A stretch of DNA of 64,000 nucleotides, taken from Camelus dromedarius (taxonomy: Eukaryota). The stretch lies in contig NC_087436.1 in the NCBI RefSeq assembly GCF_036321535.1, positions 109,928,001 to 109,992,000 on the forward strand, written 5' to 3'. Both the position numbers and the translations under genes were made by a program. How positions within the stretch are numbered: position 1 is the stretch's first letter; every line of letters starts with the position of its first letter. Below are positions 24,856 to 38,164 of the stretch, in pieces. The notes beneath the pieces are model-generated. The model was not told the origin of the DNA, did no database searches, and was given only the letters and a program-made list of their open reading frames with translations.

Positions 24856-25874
24856 ACTAAAAGTGACAGCAATTTCAGTTCTAAGAGTCCAAGAGAAATA
24901 TGTAAATATGTCCACCCAAAGACAGAATCAAAAATATTCAAAACCATTTTATTTATAATAGTTAATCACTGGAAACAATCTGAATATTCATCAGCAAGAG
25001 AATAGATAAAGGTTTTGTTATATACATAAAATAGAAACTTGCAAAGCAATAAAAAGAACAAACTAAAGCAATAACTTGAATGGGTCTCTGAGCTATTATG
25101 CTGCATGATAGAATCTAGACATAAAATAGTATATAATATCCTGTACTAGGGATAGACAGATTTTATGAAAGGATGAACAATATTGGCCACCTCTGAAAGA
25201 GAGATTAGACTGGAAATGGACAAAAAGGAATGCTTTGAGATGCTGAGAAAGTTCTATTTCTTGACTTGGAGGATAGTATACTTGGTATATACATCTATAA
25301 AGATCCATTTAGCTTAAGTTGCAAAATTAGTGAACTTTACACAATTTACTATGCCTATATCATAACTCATTAAAAAATTACTACTTTTAGAGGACTTATT
25401 GGCATCCATCAATATAATTAAAACATAGTATGCCTCTGCGAGGAGGGCATAGGTTAAAAATTGCTTGGTGAGTTTATAAAATCAATGAACAATCAAGGTT
25501 AGATATTATGCCAAAAAAAGAAAATCCTTGAAATCTTAAAACACATATTGAAACATTCCAAAATTTGATTACAATTCGAAAAAATGCAGGTAATAATGCA
25601 AATAATGAGTTTTGAATCAGAAAGAAATTTCTAAACAAATCTTTTACTTAATGACTCTCTTGTAAAGAATATACCATGTAAAATAAGAAATTCTTTCCCA
25701 TCAACTTCATAGTTATTATAAAGTGAACGTGAAATAGTAATTGCAAAACTTAATATATGTATCTATGCATAGTGGGAGGTAAGGGTTAATATTTGATGAT
25801 TTCTATTGGTATGCAATAATAGAAATTTTCCTTAAACTATTTGGTGTCTATTTTCTCCCATGCTAAATGAGTGT

Positions 25875-26455
25875 TTTAAACTTGAATAGACTTTTCTCCA
25901 AAGAAGATAGATAAATGGCCAATAAGCAAATAAAGAGATACTCAGATTTATTAGGGATTAGGAAAATGGAAATCAAAACTATTTCACATTCATTTTGATG
26001 GCTTGTATTAAAAACAAACAAATAAGCAGACCAAAAAAAGTAGAAAATAACAAGTGTTGGTGAGGATGTGGAAAAAGTGTAACCCTCATACATTGATATT
26101 GATGACAGGAATGTAAAATGCTACATCTGTGGAGAACAGTGTAATGGTTCTTCCTAAAATTAAACACAGAATTTCCATATGACCTAGCAATCCCACTCCT
26201 AGGTATATACTCCAAAGAATCAAAAGCTGCTATTTGAACAGTACCTTCAAACAACAATTGTTCATAACAATATTATCCCTAGTAGCCAAAAGATGGAAAT
26301 GACAAAAATGTCCATCAATAGATGAATGGATTAACAAAATATATATATCCATACAATAGAATATTATTCTGCCACAAAAAGAAATGAAGGACTGAAGCTT
26401 GCTACAAGGTAGAAGAACCGCAAAAATACACTAGTTGAAAGAAGCCTGATGCAGT
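25875..26455 (+). mobile_element. L1 ORF2 C-terminal remnant (L1MA/MB-type)
   Basis: 'ttgaatagacttttctccaaagaagata', 'aataacaagtgttggtgaggatgtgga', 'ccatatgacctagcaatcccactcctaggtatatac'. Confidence 0.85.
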
Positions 26456-26821
26456 CCTCTGAGACAAACTTAATCACTGTTATATTGCCTTGCATGTTGG
26501 AGAAATAATGTGTAACACTTAATGATCATGTACTCTGTAATGGAGGGCTTTTTGGAGAGACTGGCTCACCTATGGCTTTTTCAGATATATGATATTTGAA
26601 ACAGCACATAAATTGATGAAAACATAAGAGCTGTAATGAGCCTGAGTATTTGGCCTTACTGGAATCTACTTCTCAAAACAATTTTTGTTCTGATTCTTCC
26701 TAGCTCTAAACAGAACTGAAAAATTACTTCTTCACATAGCATGATCAAAAGATACATTAGAATTAAGATATTCAAAATACAGAAATATTTTTTAAGTAAC
26801 TAATCTCATGTTTCTCTCAAG

Positions 26822-27065
26822 CAGCACTGTCCAATAGAACGTTCTATGTTAGAGGTAATGTTCTGTATATAAATTATTCAATATGGTAGCAACTAGCCGT
26901 TGGTTATTTTTAAGCTCCAGAAATGAGGCTAGAAGAAAATCAAGGAACTTAAATTTTTAATTTTATTCAGCTTTATTTATTTTCATTTATTTTACCTTAA
27001 TTTAATTTTAATTAATTCGTTTAACTAGTCATACGGTTTTAGTGGCTACCATCTTACATAGTCCA
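26822..27065. mobile_element. hAT-Charlie MITE (MER3-like)
   Basis: 'cagcactgtccaatagaac...aatatggtagcaactagcc...tagtggctaccatctt'. Confidence 0.8.
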
Positions 27066-28114
27066 ATTCTCCTCTCCACTCTGCTGAAGCCACTTGGATA
27101 ATATCATCTTGGTGCAATTTTATCTCTTCTGATTTAAGCTCATTAAGTTTAACCTTTCTCTTCTAGTTAAACCCATTTTAAGTATTTCTGAATTTATTCT
27201 CAAGAATGCTTCTGTCCTATCCCTACTTCTTCTATCCTGTCCCCAAGAAGACATCTAAGAGTAAGGACGCAGTGGGAGTGTGTGTTTATGTATCCTCAGA
27301 GTATCCTGGGAATGACATGTGATCCTTGTCTGGGGTGTGTCATGATCTTTTGATTCTGGACCTCAGCCTTGATTCTCCCGAGCCCTTCCTTTTTTTTTAC
27401 CAGGTTCAGTCCGTGTTTTCTAACTAGTCTTTCTGGTCATCTAGAGGCCTGGTGCTGGTATTTGTTGAGGAATGGAGGTGCCTTCCATCATTTAGAGATT
27501 GTGTTAATACCTACACTTAATGACTATGGATATCCCCTCTGCTTGTGTGAATGACTTTCTTTTGACCCCCAGATCTATTCATGTCCACTGTTTATCATAA
27601 AATATCTGACTCCTAACTCAAGAATAAAGGCATCTCACCTGCTTTCACTGCAGCTACTGGTGTGGACATTCCCCTAAAAGGACACCCTGGACACCAACTC
27701 TTAGGCCTTTCTCCATCATTGCAAATCCCAGGCTGTATAAAGCGGGATTCTCCCGAGGCCACCAGAATCTGCAGGTTAGGTCAGGATGCAGAGAACCAGC
27801 AATGAAGTTTTGGAGAGATTCTCCAGAAATTCTGACTTTTGTGGCAAGAGATCATGAGGAAATCTTCTTTTTTTCTTTCTCTCTCCCCAGCCTCAACTAT
27901 CTTCACCAAGAAGAATTTTGTCAGTGGTGTGGTAAATCCTTCCATTTTAAATCTTGCATTCCCCCAAGCTCTTGGTTTACTATAAAATTCATCTTCTAAT
28001 TTGGGGTTGTGGATACAGAAAAACCCAGCATATAAAGAGGATATTCAAGAAATCCCCTTTCTATAATTTGAAAACATGGCTGAAAACTTTGCAGTTGAGC
28101 TTTTATTAAAATCC

Positions 28115-28425
28115 AGTACCTGACTCAGAGATGCACTGCTGGATTCTTCTTTAAGGAAATATTTGTAGTCTCAGCTGCCAGCAGCAGCCTCAGCTCCAGG
28201 GAGCCTCCTTTTCCTTCATGGGTTACAAACCACACAAACCACGGAGGGGGCTTTACATCCACAGGTCCCTGGGGGTTGACCTACTCAAGGATTTCTCTGA
28301 CCTGCATTGCAATTCTATGCCTGATCCTGCTTCCGCTTGCTCTTTCCCACAGGTGTGAATCCCTAATAAATTTCTCACATGCTAAACTCTGCCTTAGCAT
28401 CTGTTTCCAAAGAACTCAACCAGAG
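28115..28425 (+). mobile_element. ERVL LTR16-like solo LTR
   Basis: 'atcctgcttcc...tttcccacaggtgtgaatccctaataaatttctcacatgctaaactctgccttagcatctgtttccaaagaactcaacc'. Confidence 0.75.
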
Positions 28426-29419
28426 GCGTTTAGTTTGAAGTTCAAAGCTGAGCATTGACTTCAATTTTTTTAGGCAGTGTCCGCCTGCCTCTTCTTATCT
28501 ATGGCAAGGAGCCTAATCCCTGTGGCCTAGTCTTAATTGCAAGATGATTTCAAGGAGGAAACATAAATTTTTAAAGAAGAAAAAATACTTGAGATGTTAT
28601 TGCAAAATATTACCTTGCCTTTCTCCTTTACTTGGGTACATTGACCTCAGGGTAATTGGGGTCAGAAATCTGGCTTTTCATCATGCAACTTCTGTGGTAA
28701 TTAATGACTTTCAGGAGAAAATGAGAGTCAAAACCACAAAATGTGAACGTGTTCAGCCATGCTTCTCAATGCCTCTGTACACCAAAATCCATCTTTAAGA
28801 CAAGTCTTGATAATTTTACTTAAAACTTACCCTAATCATGTATCAATAATTTAATGTTATCACAGGAGAGAAATTTCACTAACCATAATATTTCCCCTCT
28901 CTAGCCAAAGGACTGTGTCCCGGGAGATACACTGGTATGTTTTACCATTCCCTTTCATTTGCGTCTTATAAGTGCCAGGACCTTTGGCTGATTTCTGTTC
29001 TCTGCATATAAGTTCTCCAGTGTTTGAGTAATGCTGCACTCATGAGGTATTCTACCTAGGAGAAGCTGCATAAATAGTGACACTTCACATTTCCAGGACT
29101 GCCAGGGGATGAAGGCTTTTATGTAATGAGTTATCCAAATCATCAAAAGCACATTTTCAAGTGGCAGAAATTTGTAAAACCATCTCAGATGAAAAAAGTT
29201 TTTAAAAGCACCAAAGAGTTTTTTTCTCCCAAGTTTAGTCCATTGCTCAGGGTTTATACTGGAATACTGATGAAGCTAAGAACATTGTAGACTTTATCCC
29301 AACCTAAGCCAACCCAGGACTGTCTTCTCTCTTCCCTATGGGTCAGCTGATTCTCCTTAAAGCTCTTATTTTATATAAATACAGCAGTTCTATTTCCTGA
29401 TGAAATGGAAATCTATCTT

Positions 29420-30005
29420 TAATTTTTAAATTAATTAATTTTGACAAACAGAAAGCTGTGTATATTTAGTGTATGAAACTTGATGCCTTAAATATATCTA
29501 TTAATCTCTAAAAGTTTTTTCTCATCCTCTCATTTATTACTTTAATTATTTTTTGGTATAAGAACACAGTATAAGATGTATCCTCAGCACATTTTTAATT
29601 ATGTGGCACAGTGTGTTTAACTACAGTCTCTGCCATACAGGAGATCCCTAGGACTTATTCGTCTTGTACAACTGAAACGTCACATCCTTAACTACTACTT
29701 CCCCGTTTGCCCCTCTCCCCAGCCTCTGGAAACCACCATTCCACTATTCTGCCTCTTTGAGTTTGACTATTTGAGACTCCTCATATAAACGGTATCATAT
29801 AGTACTTATCTTTCGGTGTCTGGCTTTTTTCACTTAGCATAATAACCTTCAGATACATCCATGTCATTAAAAGTGGTAGGGTTTCCTTCCTTTTTTTTTT
29901 TTAGGCTGAATACTATTCCTTTTAATATATACACTACATTTTCTTTATCCATTTATCTGTTGATGGACATTTAGGTTGCTTCAATGGTTTGGCTAATATA
30001 AATAA
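29420..30005 (-). mobile_element. L1MA-type 3' end
   Basis: 'ggacttattcgtcttgtacaactgaaac...ccccagcctctggaaaccaccattc...gagtttgactatt...ttctttatccatttatctgttgatggacatttaggttg'. Confidence 0.85.
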
Positions 30006-30807
30006 CCAAACTGGTAAATTCATGTGCATAATGTATTAAAATGTTTCAGACTAGTCTCTCTGACTTTCTCTGATCAGAATATCCCTGATTTATGGTCAGC
30101 TCTATAATTGATATGTACATTGTTCTAATGGCTTCTCTAATACCTTCAACCATCCCTTGCCACCCACTCCATGCCTGTATTTTCAGTGCCTCCTTCCCTA
30201 CGAATCCCAAAGCCAGAGGAATGGGGGTAGTGCCAATTATCAGTCATCCATAAGTTATTTATCATACATCCCTATGCTTTCCAGTTTCTAACCTATTGCT
30301 ATTATGTCTACTCTCCCATCTCCCAATTTTATAGGTTAAAAAAAATCTCTATTCTGAAGATAAGTAAAGTTTCATGGAAGCAAACACAGATGGTCCAACC
30401 CCCATACTTTGATTTTTCTCTCACGCAACTCTCTTTCAAAATACTGCAGTTCATTACTCACTGAATCAACGTGTTCTGATATGAGCTTTTCCCACACTCT
30501 ATTCATCAAAGGAAATCCTTCTAGCACTGTGGGATTGGGAGCAAAAGCAACAGAACAAAACAAAAACAATAATGAAAAGCACATACCTGGGCAAAAATCA
30601 CCTCTCTAGAATAATTCACCCAGACACCGCAATGGTTCACATACATTCATATGCTTACATCTGCCATTCCTGTGTGTGCTATTTGATATACTTGAGCTCA
30701 TGATCACCCTTCGTTTCCAGCTGTAGAATTTTCACTCATCTGTAGTACTATGTTGATCTGCTCTTAGTTTTCAGCATGGCTGGCTTCTAGATGTTTTGAC
30801 TCCACAC

Positions 30808-31261
30808 TTTTTTTTTAATTTAAGTATAGTCAGTTTACAATATTGTGTCAATTTCTGGCATACAGCATAATGTTTCAGGCACACACATACACACATATAT
30901 TCGTTTTCATATTCTTTTTCATTATATGTTACTACAAGGTATTGAATATAGTTCCCTGTGCTATACAATAGAAACTTGTTGTTTATCTATTTTATGTATA
31001 GTAGTTAGTATCTGCACGTCTCAAACTCCCAATTTGTCCCTTCCTATCCTCTTCCCTGCCAGTAACCATGTTTGTTTTCTATGTCTGTGAGTCTTTTTCT
31101 GTTTCATAAATAAATTCGTGTCCTCTTTTTTTTTAAGAGTCCAAATATGAGTGATATATGGTATTTTTCTTTTTCTTTCTGGCTTACCTCACTTAGAATG
31201 GCAATCTCCAGGTTCATCCATGTTGCTACCAGTGGCATTATTTTGTTCTTTTTTATGACTA
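30808..31261 (-). mobile_element. Camelid L1 3' end, 5'-truncated, with TSD
   Basis: Poly-T then 'aagtatagtcagtttacaatattgtgtcaatttctgg'; flanking repeats ttgactccacactttt (30796-30811) and ttgactctgcactttt (31262-31277). Confidence 0.9.
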
Positions 31262-32004
31262 TTGACTCTGCACTTTTTATCTGGGGACTCTCTATTCTTA
31301 CTTCTCAAATTATTTAATACCCATTTCTAGCTCTAGACCCACATGTGTACATGTTCTTTGCATAAGCTTTGCTTGCTTTTGGACATCCACACTTTGTAGA
31401 CTTTGCTTTCGAATGTTCTTCAGTAATATAAAGTAGGCTGTGGCATTCTCTAGTATCTTTCTCATAATATACTAGAGTATTCTTTCTTGAGACTTAACTC
31501 TTTTTTTCTGTGCAGGGCCTGAAAACAGGACTCGGGTCTCTAGTTCTTCAAAACACTCCCAATATTGATTACTTGATTATCTTTTATTTATTTTTGATCC
31601 CCTTGACCACACTACATAAGCATCATACTGATTACTCTGGCCAACTCCCAAAACTGGTTTCAGTCTTGCTATTTTATCCTTAAAGTTTTTTTTTTTTTCT
31701 TTTTTTCTTACTCTTTTCACACTCAAGTTTTGCTTCCTATCTACAGAGTTTTCAGTAGAACATGAAGCTTGGGAGCAGTTTTAGAGGGAAAAAATGGCCT
31801 TTGTAAAAAATACAGTGTCCTGTGTTTGCAATAACTTCTTTGAATTTGCTTTAAAAAATGTCTCCTTCATTTAAATCCATAGCTCTTTTTTTCTTCTTTA
31901 GACTAAAAATAGTGCACAGTGTAAAAGCATGTGTAATGCAAGACATTAACTTTCCCTTTATTTTCACTGCTGTCTATCAAAGCCCTCAAATCAAGTGTTA
32001 AATA

Positions 32005-32190
32005 TATTTAACCCGTTTGACTAACAATCATGAGTTGAAGGTATACTGTGCGTTAGTCATTGCACCAGGTCTGGGGATTCAAAGATAAAACACAGCTTCT
32101 CTGCAGAAAGATCACTGTGTAGAGAGAGAAGAAGGTGTGTGGAACAATGATTGCCATAGACCATCAGCTAGTATTACAGAGATAAGGACA
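32005..32190 (-). mobile_element. L2 3'-end fragment
   Basis: 'tatactgtgcgttagtcattgcaccaggtctggggattcaaagataaaa'. Confidence 0.55.
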
Positions 32191-34499
32191 ATTAGTAGGC
32201 AAGTCTAATATTGATGGGTCATATAAACCTGGAAAGACTGAGCATCTCCTTAGTCTTTCTGAATGTACTGCCACCTGCTTTTATCCCATTCTGCCTTTTT
32301 GTTGAAAGATAACTTAGTTTCTGAAGGGAAAAACATGCTTGACTCCAGCTCAAGGACCAAAAGAGTGTCATCAAAACCTGTTTACAAATTTTCTTATACT
32401 GTGTTTATTCCTCTCATCTTCTGATTTCCACTTACTCAGTAGCAGCGTCAATTCAAAGGCAAGCTCACAGCTTGGGTGGACATTTTACCTTATGCCATCC
32501 CCAGGGCTTGCCTAATTCAACTGGCTTTCCCATTTGTTAGTTGGAGAAATGTATGCTCCAAAAGCTACATGTAGTAAAATGAAAGCCCATTATACTCTTT
32601 TATGATGAAAAGTAAGTAATGCTTAACATGTTTTGTATTCACCAGAATAATTTCCTTATGTTTCCATCATTTGGCTATGGGGAATTTCTTTCACACTAAA
32701 ATCTGTTCCCTGGCTTCATAAACACTGTCTAGCTCCAGGACCCTTCTGACCTCAGCAGTCTGTTCTATTGCTGCTAAAGTAGTGCTTTTTGCAGAAGAAA
32801 ATATGTTCCAGTCTATTTTTTCACTGTTCCATGTATGAAGTTATAATTATCCATAATGGAAATTATACATACATATTAGGGATGAAAAGACCTCTTTCAT
32901 GTATTCTCTGTTTCTTTTTTATTTTGTGAGTCTAACAAAATGTTTTCAGAGTGTGAACCTAACATAAATTTCATCCAATCAGAGATCTCATGATATTGCC
33001 AGCTCAGGTTTGTTGCGCTTTTCTAAGGTGAGATTTGGAGGCAGTTATATATTTCAAACTCCACTACATCATGTGGAAATTGATTTAGTATTTGTGAAAC
33101 ATCCAAAATATTTTTTGTTTACTCCAAAATGCTTCAAAAATTGTCAACTCTGACCATCACTTGATCTCGGATATTTTACAGTCTTCTGAGATTTAGAATA
33201 TTTGTACTTTTTGAAAGGCAAGTTCTTTACATTAGAAGTTAGCTAGAATCTATTCTAACCAAATATCTTAGAAAAGTCAGTGGCATAATGCTGATTATTC
33301 GGCAGATTTTTTCATAATGAATACATGTGAATTAGTTACCTTATTGGCAGGGCCTTGAAAGGGCTGTGATTTAGAGGTTAGACGTGTCTTGCATTGTAGA
33401 CTCTGGAGTAGCATGCAATGAGGTGAACAGTTTATTATGAAGCTTTAACGGAGTGTATTAAGCATTCAGAAGACTGATTCCTTTCATGCCCTTGATAATA
33501 AATTCACTTTTCTCATACAGTGAATTCACTTGAGATTCATGGTCTCCTCGTAAACCGTGTAGTAAATGTTTAACCTCAGATTTCAAATGCTGTGGTACGT
33601 TTTATAATAATAAACGTTATCCCTATGGGATTGTGAATTTGGTGATCATATATAATGCTCCAGTTAGAGAAACCTTATCTCCCACATACAGTGTGCGGAG
33701 GTCCAGTTAGATATCTGATGACCTAAATTCATCAAGATTATCTTTAAAGAAACATATGCATCCTGCATTTCTATGCACATGAATGGAGTTCTTAACATCA
33801 ATATGACTACCTCTTAAAGCAAATCACAATTCAAAAGTTTTGGAGTGCAGCCTTTGCTGTGTTAAATTAGGAGGAATTTTACTGTGAAGTATTTTAATAT
33901 CTAATAAATGCTATGAAAATTTAGAAGTATTTTGATTTGAAATAAAGTTCTTTTTTCTTATTCTTATCTTTAAAAACAATGTCAAATTTCTGGACTGTAA
34001 TACAAAACCTACAGTATTAAGTGTACTTTTCAGTAAAGTGACAAGGGAACGTTAACAAAAATATTTCTGGGTGACGTTCTCATAAGGTCAAAGAATTCCG
34101 TGTACCTACATTAAAATAAGTTCATATACAGTCTATGGCATTTAAAACAAACCACTTGAATGCTGATACTATTTTTAAGTCTGCAAAACAATTGCCCTAG
34201 AATTTAGCACATCATATAACCTAATTAATGAATAAGCAAAGACAAAATGTGAGAAAAAAATACTAACTCAGTCTCGAATGCTTAGCATATGTAAGCAGTA
34301 AGGTAAGTGTTGCACTGTGGTGGAATCAGCGATTAATATAATACAATGTCTCTCAGAATAGCCTAAGTAATGAAAAAAAAGTAGTTTATTAATATACGTA
34401 AAGCAAAAAACAAAACAAAAGCAGCAATTAATAAAGAAAGGTTTTGATCTTGCTCTTGCTCTTTGTCTAATGTAGATCTCCAGGGGCACAACGTGTGTC

Positions 34500-34760
34500 A
34501 TACCTAGTCAGGAACATCCTGACTGCTATTTCCTCCCCGCATAACTGTCCATGACAGCAGTGGAAAAGAGTGCTGGAGGGTCTCCTACGTGCGGTTAAAT
34601 ACTCTGGCCCAGAAATGACATATGTTATTTCCACCAAAAACTCACTGGCTAAAATAATCCCATGCTCCCCCCCCCAACTGACTGAAACAGGGACATGCCA
34701 TCTTCTTATGAACAAAGGAGAAAACACTGGCAACATCTGCGATTCACACAATGGCCTCCA
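34500..34760 (-). mobile_element. MaLR LTR fragment (old MLT1)
   Basis: 'gttaaatactctggcccagaaatgacatatgttatttccacc...ctcactggctaaaa'. Confidence 0.65.
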
Positions 34761-35679
34761 TCTTAAAGGTTAATCAATACAGTCGAACATGGACGTGAAA
34801 GCAAACACTAAATCATTCATGTGAGGATGTACTTCCCGGTGACAGTAAAAGGTACAAGGAGACAGTTAAGTTTTGAATTTAACCCTCATAAAAGATGATA
34901 GTTTTACTGGAAAAGAAAAAGAAAGGGCGAGCCTGAGATGAAACTGCATTACAGATGAAGACAAAGATGACTCACCAGTTCATGGTCTTATCATTATCTC
35001 AGAAGATGGTGCATCATTTTTCTCACCTTGAAAACAATCACTTTCTTTCCTTGGAAACAATATCTGTCACTTCACACGCCTCTTTTGTTTAAAAGTTGGT
35101 CTCTATCTTTACTGGCATCAGTAGTTAGACTTTGAGACAATATTTGATGCCTTTTACTTTATTGAAATGATGCTACCATTCTTAAGTAGACTGTATATTC
35201 ATTTCAATTTTTTAGATGAGAAGAATATTGTGGGATCAATAAACTATAAATTGGGTATTGAAAATGCAAAAATGTTGGTTGGATTCACGGCCATGATTCT
35301 TTTGTGCTTTTAGTCATTTTCTGGAAAATGCAGGCTACTGAGATGGATAGTAAAGAGCTTTAACCCAAACTGAATCAGACTAGCCCCAAGCAATATATAA
35401 ACAGTATGATTTTTCTCTTCGAGTGATCCGCAGTTCCTTTTTAATACCTCTTTCTATCAGCAAAAAATATAAATAAATGTGAGACATTTGACTTCAGATG
35501 CAGAGTGTTAGAAGTGTCTAGGAATAAACTGCCTTTGGCAATTCAAAGCAACAGGGCAAGAGGGAAAAATCTGAAATAAAGTGAACAGGATTGTGGCCAG
35601 CAACACCAAGCATCATCTCTGAAGACTAAATTGCAACCAGAAATGACCGCAAAAGAAATGATGAGGGGACCTCATGGTG

Positions 35680-35795
35680 TTGGGCATGAGGACATAACGG
35701 ACTGGAGGCAGACAGCCTGAGTTTGGCTCTCAGCTTTACTAATCCTCCCTTTGTTTCACTTTCTTCATCTGTAAAATGAGGAAAATGATGGTCAC
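35680..35795 (+). mobile_element. MIR fragment
   Basis: 'ctggaggcagacagcctgagttt...tttcttcatctgtaaaatgagga'. Confidence 0.65.
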
Positions 35796-35859
35796 AAAGG
35801 GAGATAAATTCTGCTTGATTAAAGTATATTAACCCTTTATTGTGCTATTGAATTTGTTT

Positions 35860-36669
35860 TGTACTGGCACTGGCAAGGAGACTGGGTGTATGTGATCTAG
35901 CCTTGGGTTGGGGTGGGTCAAAGGCCTGGGTGCATGGTATTAGCCTGGTGGGTGGTCCCAGCCAGGAGCCTGGGTTTATGGGTGCTGGTCTGGACCCAGT
36001 GTTCACAGGATCAAATTGGTATCCTGGGGTCATAGGAGTTTTCCAGGGCCATGGGAGCCCATCAGGAGCTTGGTGCCATGGGAGCCTCCCAAGGCCATGG
36101 GAGCCAGCCAGCACTGGGGTGACCTGGGATCCTGGGGCCCCAGGAGTCATCCAGGCCATGGGAACTTGCTGACACTTTAGTGAACTGGGAGCCTGGTATT
36201 GCTAGAGTCCCCCAACATCGTTTTGATATGACATTCACTTGTAGCCAAGGGAGCTGGCAGGTGCCAAGGAGAGCTGGGAGCCTGGGGTCATCATGGCCTG
36301 CAAAGAGCTACCTACGGTCATGGGATTGGCATGGTTCTGAGGTGGGATGACTCTGGGGTCCATGGTGAGGCAGAATTTCATTTTGCTCTTTTTTCTTCAT
36401 GGGATGAGCGTCTCTCTCTGCACTGGGCTACCCTGGCTTGGGTGAGTGGTTATGGGGGTAATGTGAATATATCCTTTTTTAATCATCTTCAATGTATCTT
36501 TTCTTATTTCTGTGCTCCATTTGGGTGCTATAGTCTCTCATCTGGAATGCTTAGCTGTTGTGAATGTATTTCCATGCATGGGGAGTTTTCTAAATGGTTC
36601 TTGGGGGCTGATGGAGGAGATGAATGAGCACTAGAAACTCCTATGCCACGATCTTGCTGATGTCACTCC
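35860..36669 (-). mobile_element. L1 5' UTR (L1M3/L1MA-type), isolated, with internal tandem repeats
   Basis: Reverse complement starts 'ggagtgacatcagcaagat..ggcataggagtttc'; GC-rich region with repeated (ccat)gggagcc(tgg) motif. Confidence 0.75.
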
Positions 36670-38164
36670 TCAAGCAATTCTTAAGGAAGGAAAAACGTAA
36701 AATGTATCAAGACTTATAAAAGCATTGTTGTTAGTGGTATAATTGATGTGAGAACTGTAAAATGAAAGGACAAATATAAACAACATACATATTGAGGAAA
36801 TAGAGTAGTGCTTTCTGAAGAGTCAAGGAAAATGTGGTTAGATGAAAGCAAATTTTTCCCACATCCTAACAATTAAATACTTGGAGAAACATTTAAGACA
36901 AAGTGTGTATGCCTTTCAGTAGGTAAAGACAGACTAGAATGCCCATTATTTAGTTAGCCTTCTTCCAACTTACGGATAGGGCAGAGTCATTGACATAATT
37001 AAATTCTTTTGGGAAAATGTAAAGCAATGAGTGTCTGCTTCACAACATGATCAGTTGTGATCGTACAAGCATGTATAAGCATCTCTGGAATACTTAAAAA
37101 CTCATTTATTTCACCCATCAGAAACAGAAATATTTAAGGGAAAAGCGTCTCTTCAAAATTATGCAATACATCTAAGATTTATTGTCCTTCAAGACCTACA
37201 TATAAATGAACCAAATTTTTACAAATACATGAATGCATGTTTATATTTTCATGACTAATGAGCCGTGACAAAGCACTTTGAAGGAGGAGACAAAATAAAG
37301 ATAGAAAAATAATAAAAGTTTTATGAATAAAGGATAAATGTCATGTTTAATAATTAATTGTAGATAAATAGTAGAGAAATAAAGACTGGAATGGAAATTA
37401 GGATACCATATTCTGACCTCTGATAACCACTGAAAAGCTACCATACAAGCATATTCTCTGTTTCTTACTTTAATTCCTCATCTGCAAACTCATCAAAAGG
37501 TGACTGTGTAAGAGCATTGTAACACAAATCAGGGTGCTAGGTCTCATGCACCGACTAACTCTGGGAGCCAGGTCAAGCACGTGAACCCCTATAAGCTTTT
37601 CCTCTCTCAGTCCATTTAATCCAATAATAATTTCTTGAAAGTGTATGGCCTAGATTCTCAGATAACACAGAACACATGCTGTCAAGAGTTTCCCAGTCCA
37701 TTTAAGGGAAGATAAGGATATTATATGCCTACTTCTATTAAGACTTTGATCAAACTGCCCGTCAGCTATTACTGCTGATAAAAGATTTTTCTCATTGTAA
37801 TGATTGGTGCTCTCAACACTTATGGAGCACCAAGGCAAGCACTTAGGTGGCCAACAAAATTGCTTAGAATCACTCTCATTGTCTCAGGAAAAACGTTTCA
37901 CCTCTCTGGTTTTTAATCACCTGATCTATAAAATATTCATGAAGATTACTATCTCATTCTCTTACTATAAGAACAAAAACAAGCAAGAATCTGTATATAA
38001 ATACACAGAACATAGCCTGCCATCAGATATAACAGCTTTTATGGGTAATATTTTTTATCATCATCATTCTCACCATTGTCATCATCATAACTTTTAATTT
38101 TTTCCTTAAACCAGATTTGGTTGATGAAACTTGCTAATCCAAGATAATTACTGAAATATCTAAC

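Larger units (their letters stand above)
22860..25380 (+). mobile_element. Ancient L1 (L1ME-like) ORF1/ORF2/3' UTR remnant, split by a camelid L1 and an MLT1 LTR
   Basis: 'gaactgacagcaaacttttccacagcaa', 'ctgatccatagattcaatacaat', 'ggcacttcacaaatgaggatatacaagtagccaataag', 'ctggaaacaatctgaatattcatcagcaagagaatagataaa'. Confidence 0.7.

Noticed and set aside
35845..36627. Gly/Pro-rich, collagen-like ORFs and a regularly repeated motif (CRISPR-like at first glance)
   Set aside because: Degenerate tandem repeats within an L1 5' UTR; no constant repeat-spacer structure, and the DNA is mammalian.
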